Shown here piece after piece: positions 48,901-60,900 of a stretch of 64,000 nucleotides of DNA (position 1 is the stretch's first letter; the number at the start of each line of letters is the position of its first letter). The position numbers and the translations under genes are program-made. The stretch spans positions 1,984,001-2,048,000 of the forward strand of contig NC_092680.1 in assembly GCF_964355755.1 (NCBI RefSeq). Direction: 5' to 3'. The stretch is from Antedon mediterranea. Its lineage: Eukaryota; Animalia; Echinodermata. Under the pieces are notes generated by a model. That model saw nothing but the letters and a program-made list of their open reading frames with translations. It was not told where the DNA came from and did not search any database.

Positions 48901-51684
48901 ATGGTCTTCTAGCTCTACTATCGTCCACTGACGTCCGAAATGACCAAATTACTCTAGGCCTGCCAGTTGTCCAGTGGATTACCAGGCAGACCAACCCACA
49001 AGGAGGATACATCTCTACACAGGTACATAAATAGGCTTTCACAAAACAAGATCTTCTGTTACAGAAACTCACAAAGCTGTAGAATTTGCTAGTCCACATG
49101 TCGTTTTACTATTAAACTAAACAACTAACATTGCAACACACTATATAGCATCATAAAAAAATTAATAAATAAAAAAAAAATGTAAAAAAAAACCAAAAAA
49201 AATATATAGTTCTATTTAAATAAATCCATCCACTAAGGAATATATAGGTTAGCTAACCCATTGTATTTTGGGCTATATTCAGGTTGGAAATTATTATCAA
49301 ATTATTATTTTTGATTCATTAATTCATCACACAATAGGAAATTGCATTGCTTAATACAAATTAGGTTAAAATGTCAAAAAATATGAAATACTTCAACCCT
49401 GTAAGAGTACGATTGTGCAATATCTTTATTTTAATTGTTGTTGACAAACTAATTAATATTCATATTTTTAATACAACATCCAAATATTTGTTAATAACTA
49501 ATAATTAATGAATTCTCTTTATCTAGGACACTGTAATGGCCCTTCAAGCCATCGCCTCGTTTGCTGGTGTCAGTTACAGTAGATTTTCTGATCTCTACCT
49601 GGATGTTCAAGTACAAGGCGTACGCCGACCAACAAGGTTCTTTGTCACCTCTGATAATCGTCTTGTCATCCAAAAGTTAGACTTTCCACTCTTGAATCCA
49701 GACACTGCAATATCTCTCACCGCTGGAGGAGTTGGTAGTGCTTTAGTTCAGGTTAGTGGATGTATTTAGTAAAGAATCCACTGTTTCGACATCTGTACAA
49801 CTTATGTGGAGGGCGCTATCATTTACCGGGATGAAGCGCTAACATATATTACCCTGCCCTTATTGTACATAAGAAATTAACAAAGCTAAACCTCTGTCTA
49901 CACTATCAAACTAGTTTGACAAAAAAAGTGTGATGTTCCCAAATATAGTAATGATTGAGTATGCCTAAATATAGTAGTGATATGACATCATCATGTCCAT
50001 ATATGGGCACATCACATTTTCTTGTCACATAAAGTTTGATAGTGTAGACAGGGCATTAGGATAAAAGCACAGCTTTGAACCCCATACCTCTCGCATACTA
50101 GTCTAATTCCTTCCCATTATGCCATATCATTCTCTACTGTACTTGTAGATGGTTGTGAAATACAATGTACCAACTGCATTTGTGCGTCCATCTTTTGACG
50201 TCTCGGTAGATGTTGACCAAGAAGAAGAACAAGAAGTCCATAGAGGATGTGGTACACAGGTCATGGATATCTGCACAACGTATGTCTACACACTAATATC
50301 ACAATTCTAGGATAGTTCCGATTGCCAATACAGGGTCACTGCCTATATACTTATTTCATAGCAAAACTGGAGTTTACACATACTGTGGTGTCATCATCAG
50401 CGTTTTGTATGGTGTGCACTCCATAGTCTGGAAAACTCCGGAGTTTGTTAGTTGATATGAAAGGGCTTAGAAAGTATGGGTTTCCCATCCTGTAATTGGT
50501 TAGTTGTGTATTTCATGTCAAATTATGTAAAATTAAAAATTATGTCATGACAAAATTCAAATGTAGAGCTTCTGTAGCAGTTTTCCCACAAACATTACAT
50601 TTAATATAGATGCAACATTTCAGTAGCACACCCACCATTCTTGGCTATGATTTTATCTATTCCCTGATTACCACAACCCTTTCACATGTATGCAAAACAA
50701 AATAATGTAATGTAAGCTCTGTCTACTAGTTTGACAAAAAATGTGTCCAAGTTTGGTAGGGATATACCCACATGGTAGTGATATTGCATCATCATGTCCA
50801 TTTATTGGCACATCACATTTTTTGTCACATAAAGTTTGATAGTGTAGAGAGAGCTTTATTCAATGCCTTATCAATTATTTTCTTCCAACAATTGTCATTA
50901 TTCTAGGTACAATGGCACAGCCTCAGCTACCAATATGGCTGTTGTAGAAATCCACATGTCTTCTGGGTACTATCCAGATAAAACATCTCTAAAATCTCTG
51001 GTCAAGTTCAATCCATATGGAATTAAGCGATATGATATTGACGGCAAAGTTGTATCTATCTATTTTGACCAGGTAAATAGTCTGCGGTTGTCACATATTG
51101 CTTTGTATTTCTTTTTTATTGTATTTATAAGTTTCATATGGACAGTTTGTTTGAAAAAAAGTTGAATTGTTGAATTATATTCAAACCTGTATTTCGTAGG
51201 ATATATATATAAATGCAAAGGCAAATAACTGAAAAAATGACAATGCTGTGGGTATCAGTGGCTGGATCTCAATAGAGATACAAAAAAAAAGCGAAAAGCT
51301 AAATCAAAACGATAAAGTAAAACAGCCAGAAAAGTTAGCAGAGCTTTCAGGCAACACTAGCCCTTCATCAGTACAAGTGATGGAATATATATATATATAT
51401 ACTTGATAAACTTTACTAAGTTGTTTTGTTGTTAAGAGATGTTAGTGGCTATACCAGGAATTTTGATTTTTTATGAAGATACTGATTTCTGACACAGATC
51501 TTGATACTATAGAGGTGTTATGTGTATAGAATGTCATGTATAAATGTAAAAATAGTATATAATATTCTCTTTTTACAGTTTTCTAAAGATGTTGAAGTTT
51601 GTTTTAAGATTACAATTGAGCAACATGAACTAGTGGAGGATCTCAAACCAGGAAATGTTTTTGTGTATGATTACTATGATACAG
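31018..51684 (+). CDS. Thioester protein (alpha-2-macroglobulin/TEP family), core region of 30 exons (~1510 aa): 31018-31088, 34497-34686, 35179-35344, 35634-35686, 37101-37287, 37540-37624, 39059-39167, 39500-39626, 39903-40012, 40368-40538, 40810-41052, 41435-41624, 41892-42103, 42587-42736, 43055-43213, 43702-43777, 43989-44100, 44720-44948, 45295-45433, 45957-46069, 46412-46463, 46822-46914, 47236-47651, 47950-48024, 48349-48508, 48796-49022, 49527-49751, 50149-50279, 50907-51072, 51579-51684
   Basis: Signal peptide MLLKAAVSVAVLLCLAGPTAKA; FIQTDKPIYKPGQTV; EYVLPKFEV; YTYGQPV; FKPGLPF; VVDKSVHLL; RKKR; VRTYFPETWLW; VPDTITEW; FQPFFV...LPYSVVRGE; thioester MPTGCGEQNM (GCGEQ at 47292-47306); GSTWLTAFV; GGYISTQDTVMALQA; receptor-binding domain NMAVVEIHMSSGY...VYDYY. 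All splice phases are consistent. Confidence 0.93.
34735..34845. mobile_element. Degenerate hAT-like MITE (similar remnants at ~31387 and 33201-33393)
   Basis: CAGTGGCGGATCCAGG...CATGAATCTGCCCCTG imperfect termini. No clear target-site duplication. Confidence 0.45.
42860..43000 (-). mobile_element. CORE-type SINE fragment
   Basis: Minus strand reads ggtttcgaatcc...ttgtatccttaggcaagacactttac...tttccacccaggtgtataaaatgggtacc, the widespread tRNA-head plus conserved-core arrangement. Confidence 0.65.
44428..44598. mobile_element. Third TWA-flanked MITE
   Basis: taa-AGGCCAACTCAGACAGTGTCGTACGA...TCGTACGACGCTGTCTGAGTTGGTCT-taa. Confidence 0.8.
51215..51378 (-). mobile_element. Penelope-like terminal repeat with a minimal hammerhead ribozyme core; copies at 54259-54425 (+) and 41191-41333 (-, truncated)
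   Basis: Minus strand reads TGTA-CTGATGA-A-GGGC-TAGTGTT-GCCT-GAAA-GCTC-TGC. The three loci share ~100-160 bp of flanking sequence. Confidence 0.6.
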
Positions 51685-51812
51685 GTTATTTCACTCGCAT
51701 TATTTTATATTTACATAAATACAAATTTTTAAAAAATTAACAAAATTGAACAAACCCCTCTATACTAATATTTGACCCCTGATTTAAATATATTTTTGTG
51801 TTTTAATGATAG

Positions 51813-53729
51813 TACAACAAGGTCGTGAATTCTTTGAAATTGATTGTGATGAGGAGATTATAGAAACTAAAGTATTAGATTTAGAAATTGGAAAACTTAT
51901 AAAATTTCCTGTTGAACAACCAGTAGAAGAGATACCTTTTGGACAAATACCCATTGATGGTAAGTCATCAAAATTGAAAACAACAAGTTTCTTTAAGGAA
52001 ACTTTATGTGACGAAAAATGTGATGTGCCCATATATGGACATGATGATGTCATATCATTACCATATTTGGGCATATCACTACCATATTTGGGCACATCAC
52101 ACTTATTCTGTACAGTAGATAATATGCATTTTCTTATAAACACAGTTTACCTATCTGTGCCTAGACTATCAGTTGCTGTACTGCTGATAAAAAAAAGTGT
52201 AGGCCTACCACAAAAAAAGTGTTATTTATGTATTAAACTATTTTACTTTGCTTATTTTGGAATATAGCATTCCTAAACGAATGTCCAGATGGCAAGACAT
52301 TTGCAGATGGTGTTAAGAAATGTGTCGGTAGGTAAACTAAAGTTTTTAATTATTTATTTTGTAGATTTACGCAACATTGAAATCACCACATAGACTTTGA
52401 GCATAGCAAGTCTTTTAGCTCTGTCTACACTATCAAACTAGTTTGACAAAAAATGTGTGAAGTGCCTATTATGGTAGTAATATGCTAAATATGGTAGTGA
52501 TATGGCATCATCATGTCCATATATGAGCCCATCACATTTTTTTGTCACATACAGTTTGATAGTAGACAGACATAATGTGATTTTCTCTTCCAGTGCAGTT
52601 AATAAGTTAATTGTATGTTTTTCTTTTTTAGATATTAATGAATGTGAACAACCTGATATATGTCCTAAGAAAAAGGTCTGCATCAATACAAATGGCAGCT
52701 ACAAATGTAAAAAAGGTAACTACATACTTGACACTTACAGTAATACAATATGTTTTTATTTTTATAGCTATATTTTCATCCTCTAATTGGTTTATACACT
52801 GTTGTATGTGAAAGAATAAAAATAAAATTATTAAATTTATAATGAAATGTAACTGTTGTTTGTTTAAATTAGATTCTGTTTACTGCTATTTGCAATACAC
52901 AATAGATGAATAAATGTTTTTATATTTGTTCCTAGCTTGTCAGCCTGGTTTCAAAAGAGAAGGAAAACGTTGTGTTGGTGAGTAAACACTTAATAACTGT
53001 GCTGTGACTGAAGGCAGAATGGTAGTAGACTTGGTACAGGGTAGTCACTATAACTAAACCACCCTTGAAAATGTATTTTCATAAATGTTTATATATAGTT
53101 ACCTCCGCCAAGGTAGTCGATCGCGTGTGTCTGTCTGTTCTCAAAAAGTTGTTGCCAGACCTTACCAAATTGAAACCACAGATAGATATATATATTTTAG
53201 ATCCGATCTGGTAATGAGCAGTCTTAACATAATGTTAGGTTCATAGTTAAAATTTTAAATATAAAATATTATTAAGAATAAAAAATAATAATAATAAAAT
53301 GTTACAAAAATAATCCAGATGATGAAAAAAAAAAGATCCTAAGTAGGAATTGAACCAGTCCAACTGTGTAAGGCTGATCATAACTGATGCTGGTGGTTGT
53401 TGGTTGCAATTTGAATGTTATTATACCCGAATAAAAAAATAAACAAATAAATACTGATATTACTTTTACGCTCTGTCTACACTATCAAACTAGTTTGCCA
53501 AAAAAGGTGTGACGTGCCAAAATATGGTAGTGATATGACATTATCATGTCCATATGTATAGGAACATTTTTTGGTCACATAAAGTTTGATAGTGTAAACA
53601 GAGCTTTAAACGTGTTTAACAAAATGTTTGTTTTAGATATTAATGAATGTGAGGTAAACCCAAACACATGTCCAGAAGGGTTCATTTGTAAGAACATCAA
53701 AGGAGACAGGCTGTGTGAACAGGCACCAG
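51813..53729 (+). CDS. TEP C-terminal extension 1: acidic linker (51813-51959) and calcium-binding EGF-like exons (52268-52327, 52632-52715, 52936-52977, 53637-53729)
   Basis: Phase-1 exons continue the TEP frame without a stop: CPDGKTFADGVKKCV-DINECEQPDICPKKKVCINTNGSYKCKK-ACQPGFKREGKRCV-DINECEVNPNTCPEGFICKNIKGDRLC. Confidence 0.85.
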
Positions 53730-54067
53730 GTATGTCCAATAGTAACTTTAGTATTATTATTCAGGTATGACCAGATGCTTCACTTACTATCTTATATTAT
53801 ATATATACTTTATCAACAACATAATATCACCCTCTATAAGTAGATCCTTTTATATCAGAGTTTTTGATTTGTGCCAACTAACGACACACCAAGTGACTCA
53901 CCAAACTGGTTTCGAGGGTGTCGAAAATCAAAAGCTCCCTGTTCACAGATTCTAGTGCTTTTATTCAGCATTTCAAGAGATGATACTTCTTTCTTCCATG
54001 AAATTATTTGGACTATTGCACTCATACACATTTATTGTATATTATTAACTAGGTAATTTCCTTACAG

Positions 54068-54802
54068 AGATTTGTAATTTGGACAAAGAAGCAGGGCATT
54101 GCCGTGCAAAATTTCTTCGCTATTATTGGAACAAAAACACCAAACAATGTGAACAGTTTACTTATGGAGGTTGTGACGGAAATAAAAACAACTTCAAAAC
54201 CATTGAAAGATGTGAAGATAAATGCAGACCAGAGCCACCAGGTCTATATACATAATATACTTGCACTGATAAAGGGCTAGTGTTGCCCGAAAGCTATGCT
54301 AATATTTCTGGCTGTTTTACTTTATCGTTTTTATTTAGCTTTTTGCTTATTTTATTTTGCATCTCCATTGAGATCCAGCCATTGATACCCACAACATTGT
54401 CATTTTCAGTAATTTTCCTTTGAATTTATAATATAAACAATCTACATGATAAGAAACATAATGTAAATTAGAAAATGTCCATGCATTGAAAGAATACACG
54501 AGTTCCAGCCAGCATGCTTACTTTTACTTGTTTCTTAAACAGCTGTACTAAACGCTAAAGTAACAGCTTAAATAGGATGGGTGGTTGGCCAATGCTTTAC
54601 TTAAACTTATCTTTCTCACAATTTGTAGCCAATTGTCTGTTAGAAGTAGAAACTGGTTTGTGTCTAGCCGCATTCAACATGTTCTATTACGATTCAGCCA
54701 CAAAGCAATGCAAAAGCTTTACATATGGTGGATGTGGAGGTAACGGCAATAGATTTAACACATACAAGGATTGCCAAGATTCTTGTTTTGCAAGGAAAAA
54801 AG
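54068..54802 (+). CDS. Two Kunitz/BPTI domain exons (54068-54241, 54629-54802)
   Basis: ICNLDKEAGHCRAKFLRYYWNKNTKQCEQFTYGGCDGNKNNFKTIERCEDKC and NCLLEVETGLCLAAFNMFYYDSATKQCKSFTYGGCGGNGNRFNTYKDCQDSC. Each has 6 Cys with the FxYGGCxGNxNxF signature and is a 174-nt phase 1-1 exon. Confidence 0.93.
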
Positions 54803-54982
54803 GTAAAACAAATCTTAATTGAACTTTTGAGAAATGAAATCATATATTAATATAAAATTTGTATGTTAAATACTAAAAATATGTGTTCTTAAAAAAAACT
54901 TTACATATATAACTGCATTCCGTTTACCAGTAATTTAGTACACAGACTGACAAGTACATAACTCACACTTTTAAACTTTCAG

Positions 54983-57900
54983 ACAATACAGAAAAGCCCG
55001 GAACTTGTCCAGTTAGTGAAGTAGGCATCTGTGTCGAGCACTGCTCCGTGGATTCAGATTGTGAAGGGGTTGCAAAGTGTTGTAGCAATGGATGTGGACA
55101 TCTTTGTACAAATCCAGGTACTAACACATCTCTTAAGCTCTGTCTACACTATCAAACTTTATGGACAAAAAAATGTGATGTGCCCATATATGGACATGAT
55201 GATGTCATATCCCCACCATATTTGGACATATCACTACCATATTTGGACATATCACTACCATATTTGGACATATCACTACCATATTTGGACATATCACTAC
55301 CATATTTGGACATATCACTACCATATTTGGCACATCACTATACAATAATACAATAATAAGTATTTATGTTGTTTATTTTATATTATATAAATTATATTTT
55401 TTGATCGAAAACTTTATATTGATTATTGATTAGTAGCCGTTACTTGTGAAGATGGATTTGAACATGTTGCTGGGGTTTGTGTTGGTAAGTTCATGTAATT
55501 TATATATTGTGTTTGTTTTACTCAAAAGAAAAATATCCCATCCATGTTAAGTTACTGTTCATTAAAAACTGATTATGTTGTTCGTAATTAAACCTAAAAA
55601 ATGAATAGTATATTGTTTTTGATTTTGTTTTTTTTCATATTTGTTATATTTTAATATATTTCTTTGTTATAGACATTAATGAATGTGAAACCGTTGATCA
55701 AGCCTGCCCTCAAGATACTGGCTGTATTAACAATGAAGGAAGTTATACTTGTATTGGAGGCAATCCATTTGTAGGACCTATAATACCAAAATTACCTGCA
55801 ATCATTGAGCCTGTTGGACCTGTCCTAATAAAAGAAGGTTTGTCATAATTTATAGAGTATGTCACAACGATAGAGGGCGCTGGATGGTTGCTAGCCAACC
55901 AAAAAATGCGTTCAGCGCTACTATGTTGATAAACAGTAAAGATCTGTATTTCTATCAAATTATGTATCTTGATTTGTTTAACTTAAACGGTAGTTGAAGA
56001 AAAAATAGATTATTAAAAACAAATATTTAGTGATCTTTTGAAAATTTAGTTTGGTTTTTATTAAAAATTATTAAGTTTTAAAATGACTACTTCAATAAGC
56101 ATATTCCAAACCAACCATTGGTAACTCAGGCAGGCTGAACGCATTTTTGGTTGCGCTAGCAACCACGCAGCGCCACCTACCGTCGTGACATCAGCACCGT
56201 GATACTCTATAGTGAAATCAAAATACAATTAATTTCTTTTATGTTTTGACAAAGATATAAAATATCACAAATAAATCTTTTAAACAAAAAATGTAAAAAT
56301 AATTTTAATTTATAGGAAGTTGTCCGGGGGTTTCAGCAGACACAGTTGGTATTTGTGTTGACATGTGCAGTGGAGATGAAGATTGTGATGGTGTTCAGAT
56401 ATGCTGCAGTAATGGCTGTGGTCATGCATGTATGCAACCAGGTTAGTGTCAATTAAATAACATAGTAAGTGATCTTCTGGACACAATATATATTTCATCA
56501 TCAGTAACAAATTTGTAAAAAAAACGCACCTTTCCCAAATTAGTAATGTTCACTGATATTGTATTGTAAAATGTTATTTTATTTTATCATCTTCTGTTTT
56601 TTTTTTTTAGAAAATGTTTGTCCACCATTGTGTTTAATGTACTGTGAGTTTGGAAATGTTTTAGATGAAAATAACTGCCCCATTTGTGAGTGTAAACCAG
56701 ACCCAAGTCCTGTAATTACAGGTAATATATCTATAGAATCTATTTTTGTAATTAGTAATTATTTCTGAATAAATTTAATGGTACATTTTATATTTCTGTG
56801 GGGTTTTCTTTACAGATTCTTGTCCAACAGGATTTGAGAATGTAGATGGAGAATGTGTTGGTAAATATATTTAAGACTATTTTGTAAAACTTGCTAAATT
56901 CGTATTTTGTACTGTTTGTTTGATTTTATTTAAAATGTATTTAGATAAACATGGGCCTAGGAACCATTCCAAAGAGATTTTGTGTAGAATCAGTTTGATA
57001 TCCATTACTTTATTTTATCAATAATAATTTGCTGTATATTTTTAACATTTAAAAGAATGTTTCCAACACATTATTAATTAATGTTGTGATATTGATTGAT
57101 AGATATTGATGAATGTCAAACATTTGATCAAGCCTGCCCTCAAGATGGTGGCTGTATTAACACTGAAGGAAGTTTTGAGTGTGTCGGAGGCAATCCATTT
57201 GTTGACCCAATCGAACCCATAAAACCAATTGTACCTGTAATTTTTAAAAGAGGTAAGTGGTAGTTTAATAATATATTGTAAATATACAAAATGATTGGTG
57301 AACCCACAAAGAGTTCTAGTTGTTACTAGAATGTTTTACATTATATGGTTAATATTTGTATAATAGTTTCTTGATTTCTTGACTGCATCACTACATACAT
57401 CCTCTTAAAAATCCTTTTTTCTAATTGGTTTGAAGGATGGTGTCCATCACCACAAAATACATATGGCATTTGTGCTGAAATGTGCAGTGGAGATGGAGAT
57501 TGTGATGGTGCTAAGAAATGCTGCAGTAATAGCTGTGGTCATGCATGTGTACAACCAGGTTAGTAGATTTGATTATAGGCACTTTACCAAACAAGACGGG
57601 AAGCCACAGGATGATACTCATGAATAATTCATGCATGAGCTTAAGTGGGTGGTGCTTAGCGTGAAATTCTGTCGTCTTAACTTTTTGAGGATGATAAAGT
57701 TGCCATTTTCGACTGATTTTATGCTCTGGCAAACACAGAATCTCCTTCATCCTCCCCTAACCCGTCCTGTTTCGTAAATCCTTAATATATTATTCAGTAA
57801 TTTATTGTGATGTATGTGTTCCACAAAGAACATTGGTATTTATACGTTTATGCTTAATTGTCATAGTTTCATATACACATTTATTCAGTTATTTATGACA

Positions 57901-60900
57901 ACAACTGGGGCCCGCACTAGAAGCAATAGCTTGTCTCATGAGGGCCCCTACAATACAAATATGCAGAAATACATAAAAAAAAAAAAAAACTGTATAAAAC
58001 AATAAAAAATAATATAATAAATGTGATACATAGTAATAAAACTATTTGTAAATTAAATGTTATTTGATCGTCTTCTGTTTATTTTCATTGTACAGAATTT
58101 TGTCTGCCAGTTTTGTGTTCAGCCTACTGTGAGTTTGGAAATGTTTTCAATGAAGATAACTGCCGCACTTGTGAGTGTAAACCAGACCCAAGTCCTGTAA
58201 TTACAGGTAATATATCTATAGTATTTATGTTAGTAATTATTACTGGGTAAAGTTGGGGTGTGGTGGTGTGGTGAAGTTGTCCAGTGGTTTCATCAGACAC
58301 AGTTGGTATTTGTGCCGAAATGTGCAGTGGAGATAAAGATTGTTTTGGTGTTCAGATATGCTGCAGTAATGGCTGTGGTCACTCATGTATGCAACCAGGT
58401 TAGTGATCTTCTGGACACAATACATAATTCATCATCAATAACAAATTTGTAAAAAACGTACCTTTCCCAAAATAGTAATGTTCAAATGCATTAATATATA
58501 ATTTGAAATGTTCCAAATAGGTAAACTCCTTTGGTATCTTTATATTCATACAATACCAAGCTTTAACATGGCTAAAGCTCTGTCTACACTATCAAACTAG
58601 TTTGACAAAAAGAGTGTGATTAGTGTCAATTTAAATAACATAAATTGAGTTTTAAAAGTTCTTTTAAAAATTATTATTTGTAAAATTAATTAATCATCTT
58701 CTGTTTATTTTCAATGTAGAACCAGTTTGTCCCCCAGTGTGTGAAATCTTTTGTGAGTTTGGAAATGTTTTAGATGAAAATAACTGCCCCACTTGTGAGT
58801 GTAAACCAGACCCAAGTATCATTGGTGAGTTTTTAAATTTTTTTAAAGAATAATTTGATGTAAGTTAAATGTTAATTCTTTTAATATTTATATTTTGTGT
58901 GAATTTTCAAAAATTGTTACTGTTTTTTTTTTATTTTTCAGTACAAGAGTGTCCACCGTTGTGTTTAATGTACTGTGAGTTTGGAAATGTTTTAGATGAA
59001 AATAACTGCCCCATTTGTGAATGTAAACCAGACCCAAGTCCTGTATTTACAGGTAAAGTGTTTTATGCCTTTTTACAGCAGTCACTCTAGATACAGAAGA
59101 CTTAAGCATTTTAATGCTATATTTTATATTTCTGTTGTTTTCTTACAGATTCTTGTCCAACAGGATTTGAGAATGTAGATGGAGAATGTGTTGGTAAATA
59201 TTGTTTAATACATTGTTTTTTAAATGTATCTTTTTGTTTGTATTTTCTCACAGTACGGTTTTATTGATTTCATAATAACCTGTTATTGTAATTTACAATA
59301 TATTTTAAAATGGTAAAAAAATATATTTTGCGATATTGATTGATAGATATTGATGAATGTCAAACATTTGATCAAGCCTGCCCTCAAGATGGTGGCTGTA
59401 TTAACACTGAAGGAAGTTTTGAGTGTGTCGGAGGCAATCCATTTGTTGACCCAATCGAACCTATAAAACCAATTGTACATGTCATAAAAGAAGGTGAGTG
59501 GTAGTTTAAAAAGGTTTGAAACAATTATAAGATAATGGTGGGTGATCCCATACGATAGGTTTAATTGTTTTTATTTAAGAATTCTCAGAGAATACCGCAA
59601 TGTCATATTTGACCTTTAACACTATCAAACTAGTTTCACAAAAAAAGTGTGATGTGCCCAAATATAGTAGTGATATGCTTAAATATGGTAGTGATATGAC
59701 ATCATCATGTCCATATATGGGCACATCACATAAAGTTAGATAGTGTAGACAGAGCTAAAGTCATCACAGAGTTTCTGAAAAAACAAGAGTTGCTAACAAA
59801 ATGTCATTTTTAACTTGTTTTTTTTAGGAAGTTGTCCAATGGTTTCAACAGACACAGTTGGTATTTGTGCCGAAATGTGCAGTGGAGATGAAGATTGTTT
59901 TGGTGTTCAGAAATGCTGCAGTAATGGCTGTGGTCATGCATGTGTACAACCAGGTTAGTCATTTTAATTAGTTAGTGTCAATTTAATAAGATATTGAGTA
60001 ACCTTTCCCATTTACAAAAGTTAGAAAAATGAAAATGAGATATTATGAATGCATGGCAAAATAATAGTGCGCTATTATAAACATTTATAAATAATAAACC
60101 GTGCCGGCATCATAACAGAATTTTAGTTGCGGTTCACAAAATTCACAATTTCCATTTAAAATAATTGTAATGGTATATTTATATACTATTTTCTATTTAT
60201 TTTTCTATTGTAGTAGCAGTTTGTCCACCACTTTGCAAGATGGCCTGTTCTTTTGGAAATGTTTTAGATGAAAATAATTGTCCAATTTGTGAATGTAAAC
60301 CAAACCCAAGTACTGTTGGTGAGTTTTTGTTTTATTTATTTGTTATGTATATATTTTTTTTAATGATTTAATTAGTATTTTAAAATCCATGGTAAAATTT
60401 ATATTTGTGGCTGTATTAACACTGAAGGAAGTTTTGAGTGTGTCGGAAGCAATCCAAAAAATTTATAAATAATAAACCGTGCCGGCATTATAACAAAATT
60501 TTAGTTGCAGTCCACAAAATTCACAATTTCCATTTAAAATAATTGTAATGGTATATTTATATACTATTTTCTATTTATTTTTCTATTGTAGTAGCAGTTT
60601 GTCCACCACTTTGCAAGATGGCCTGTCCTTTTGGAAATGTTTTAGATGAAAATAACTGCCCCATTTGTGAATGTAAACCAGACCCAAGTCCTGTAATTAC
60701 AGGTAAAGTGTTTTATGCCTTTTTACAGCAGTCACTCTAGATACAGAAGACTTAAGCATTTTAATGCTATATTTTATATTTCTGTTGTTTTCTTACAGAT
60801 TCTTGTCCAACAGGATTTGAGAATGTAGATGGAGAATGTGTTGGTAAATATTGTTTAATACATTGTTTTTTAAATGTATCTTTTTGTTTGTATTTTCTCA

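Noticed and set aside
31018-51684. Calling the TEP as complement C3, CD109 or CPAMD8
   Set aside because: There is no anaphylatoxin or C345C domain, no GPI tail after the receptor-binding domain and no Kazal domain seen. Orthology needs a phylogeny, so no symbol was assigned.
55031-55356. ORFs with repeated ISLPYLD / TYHYHIW heptads, and many similar PKYGSDM or [10 protein letters not shown] ORFs elsewhere
   Set aside because: These are translations of the MITE and its 21-bp internal repeat lying in introns.
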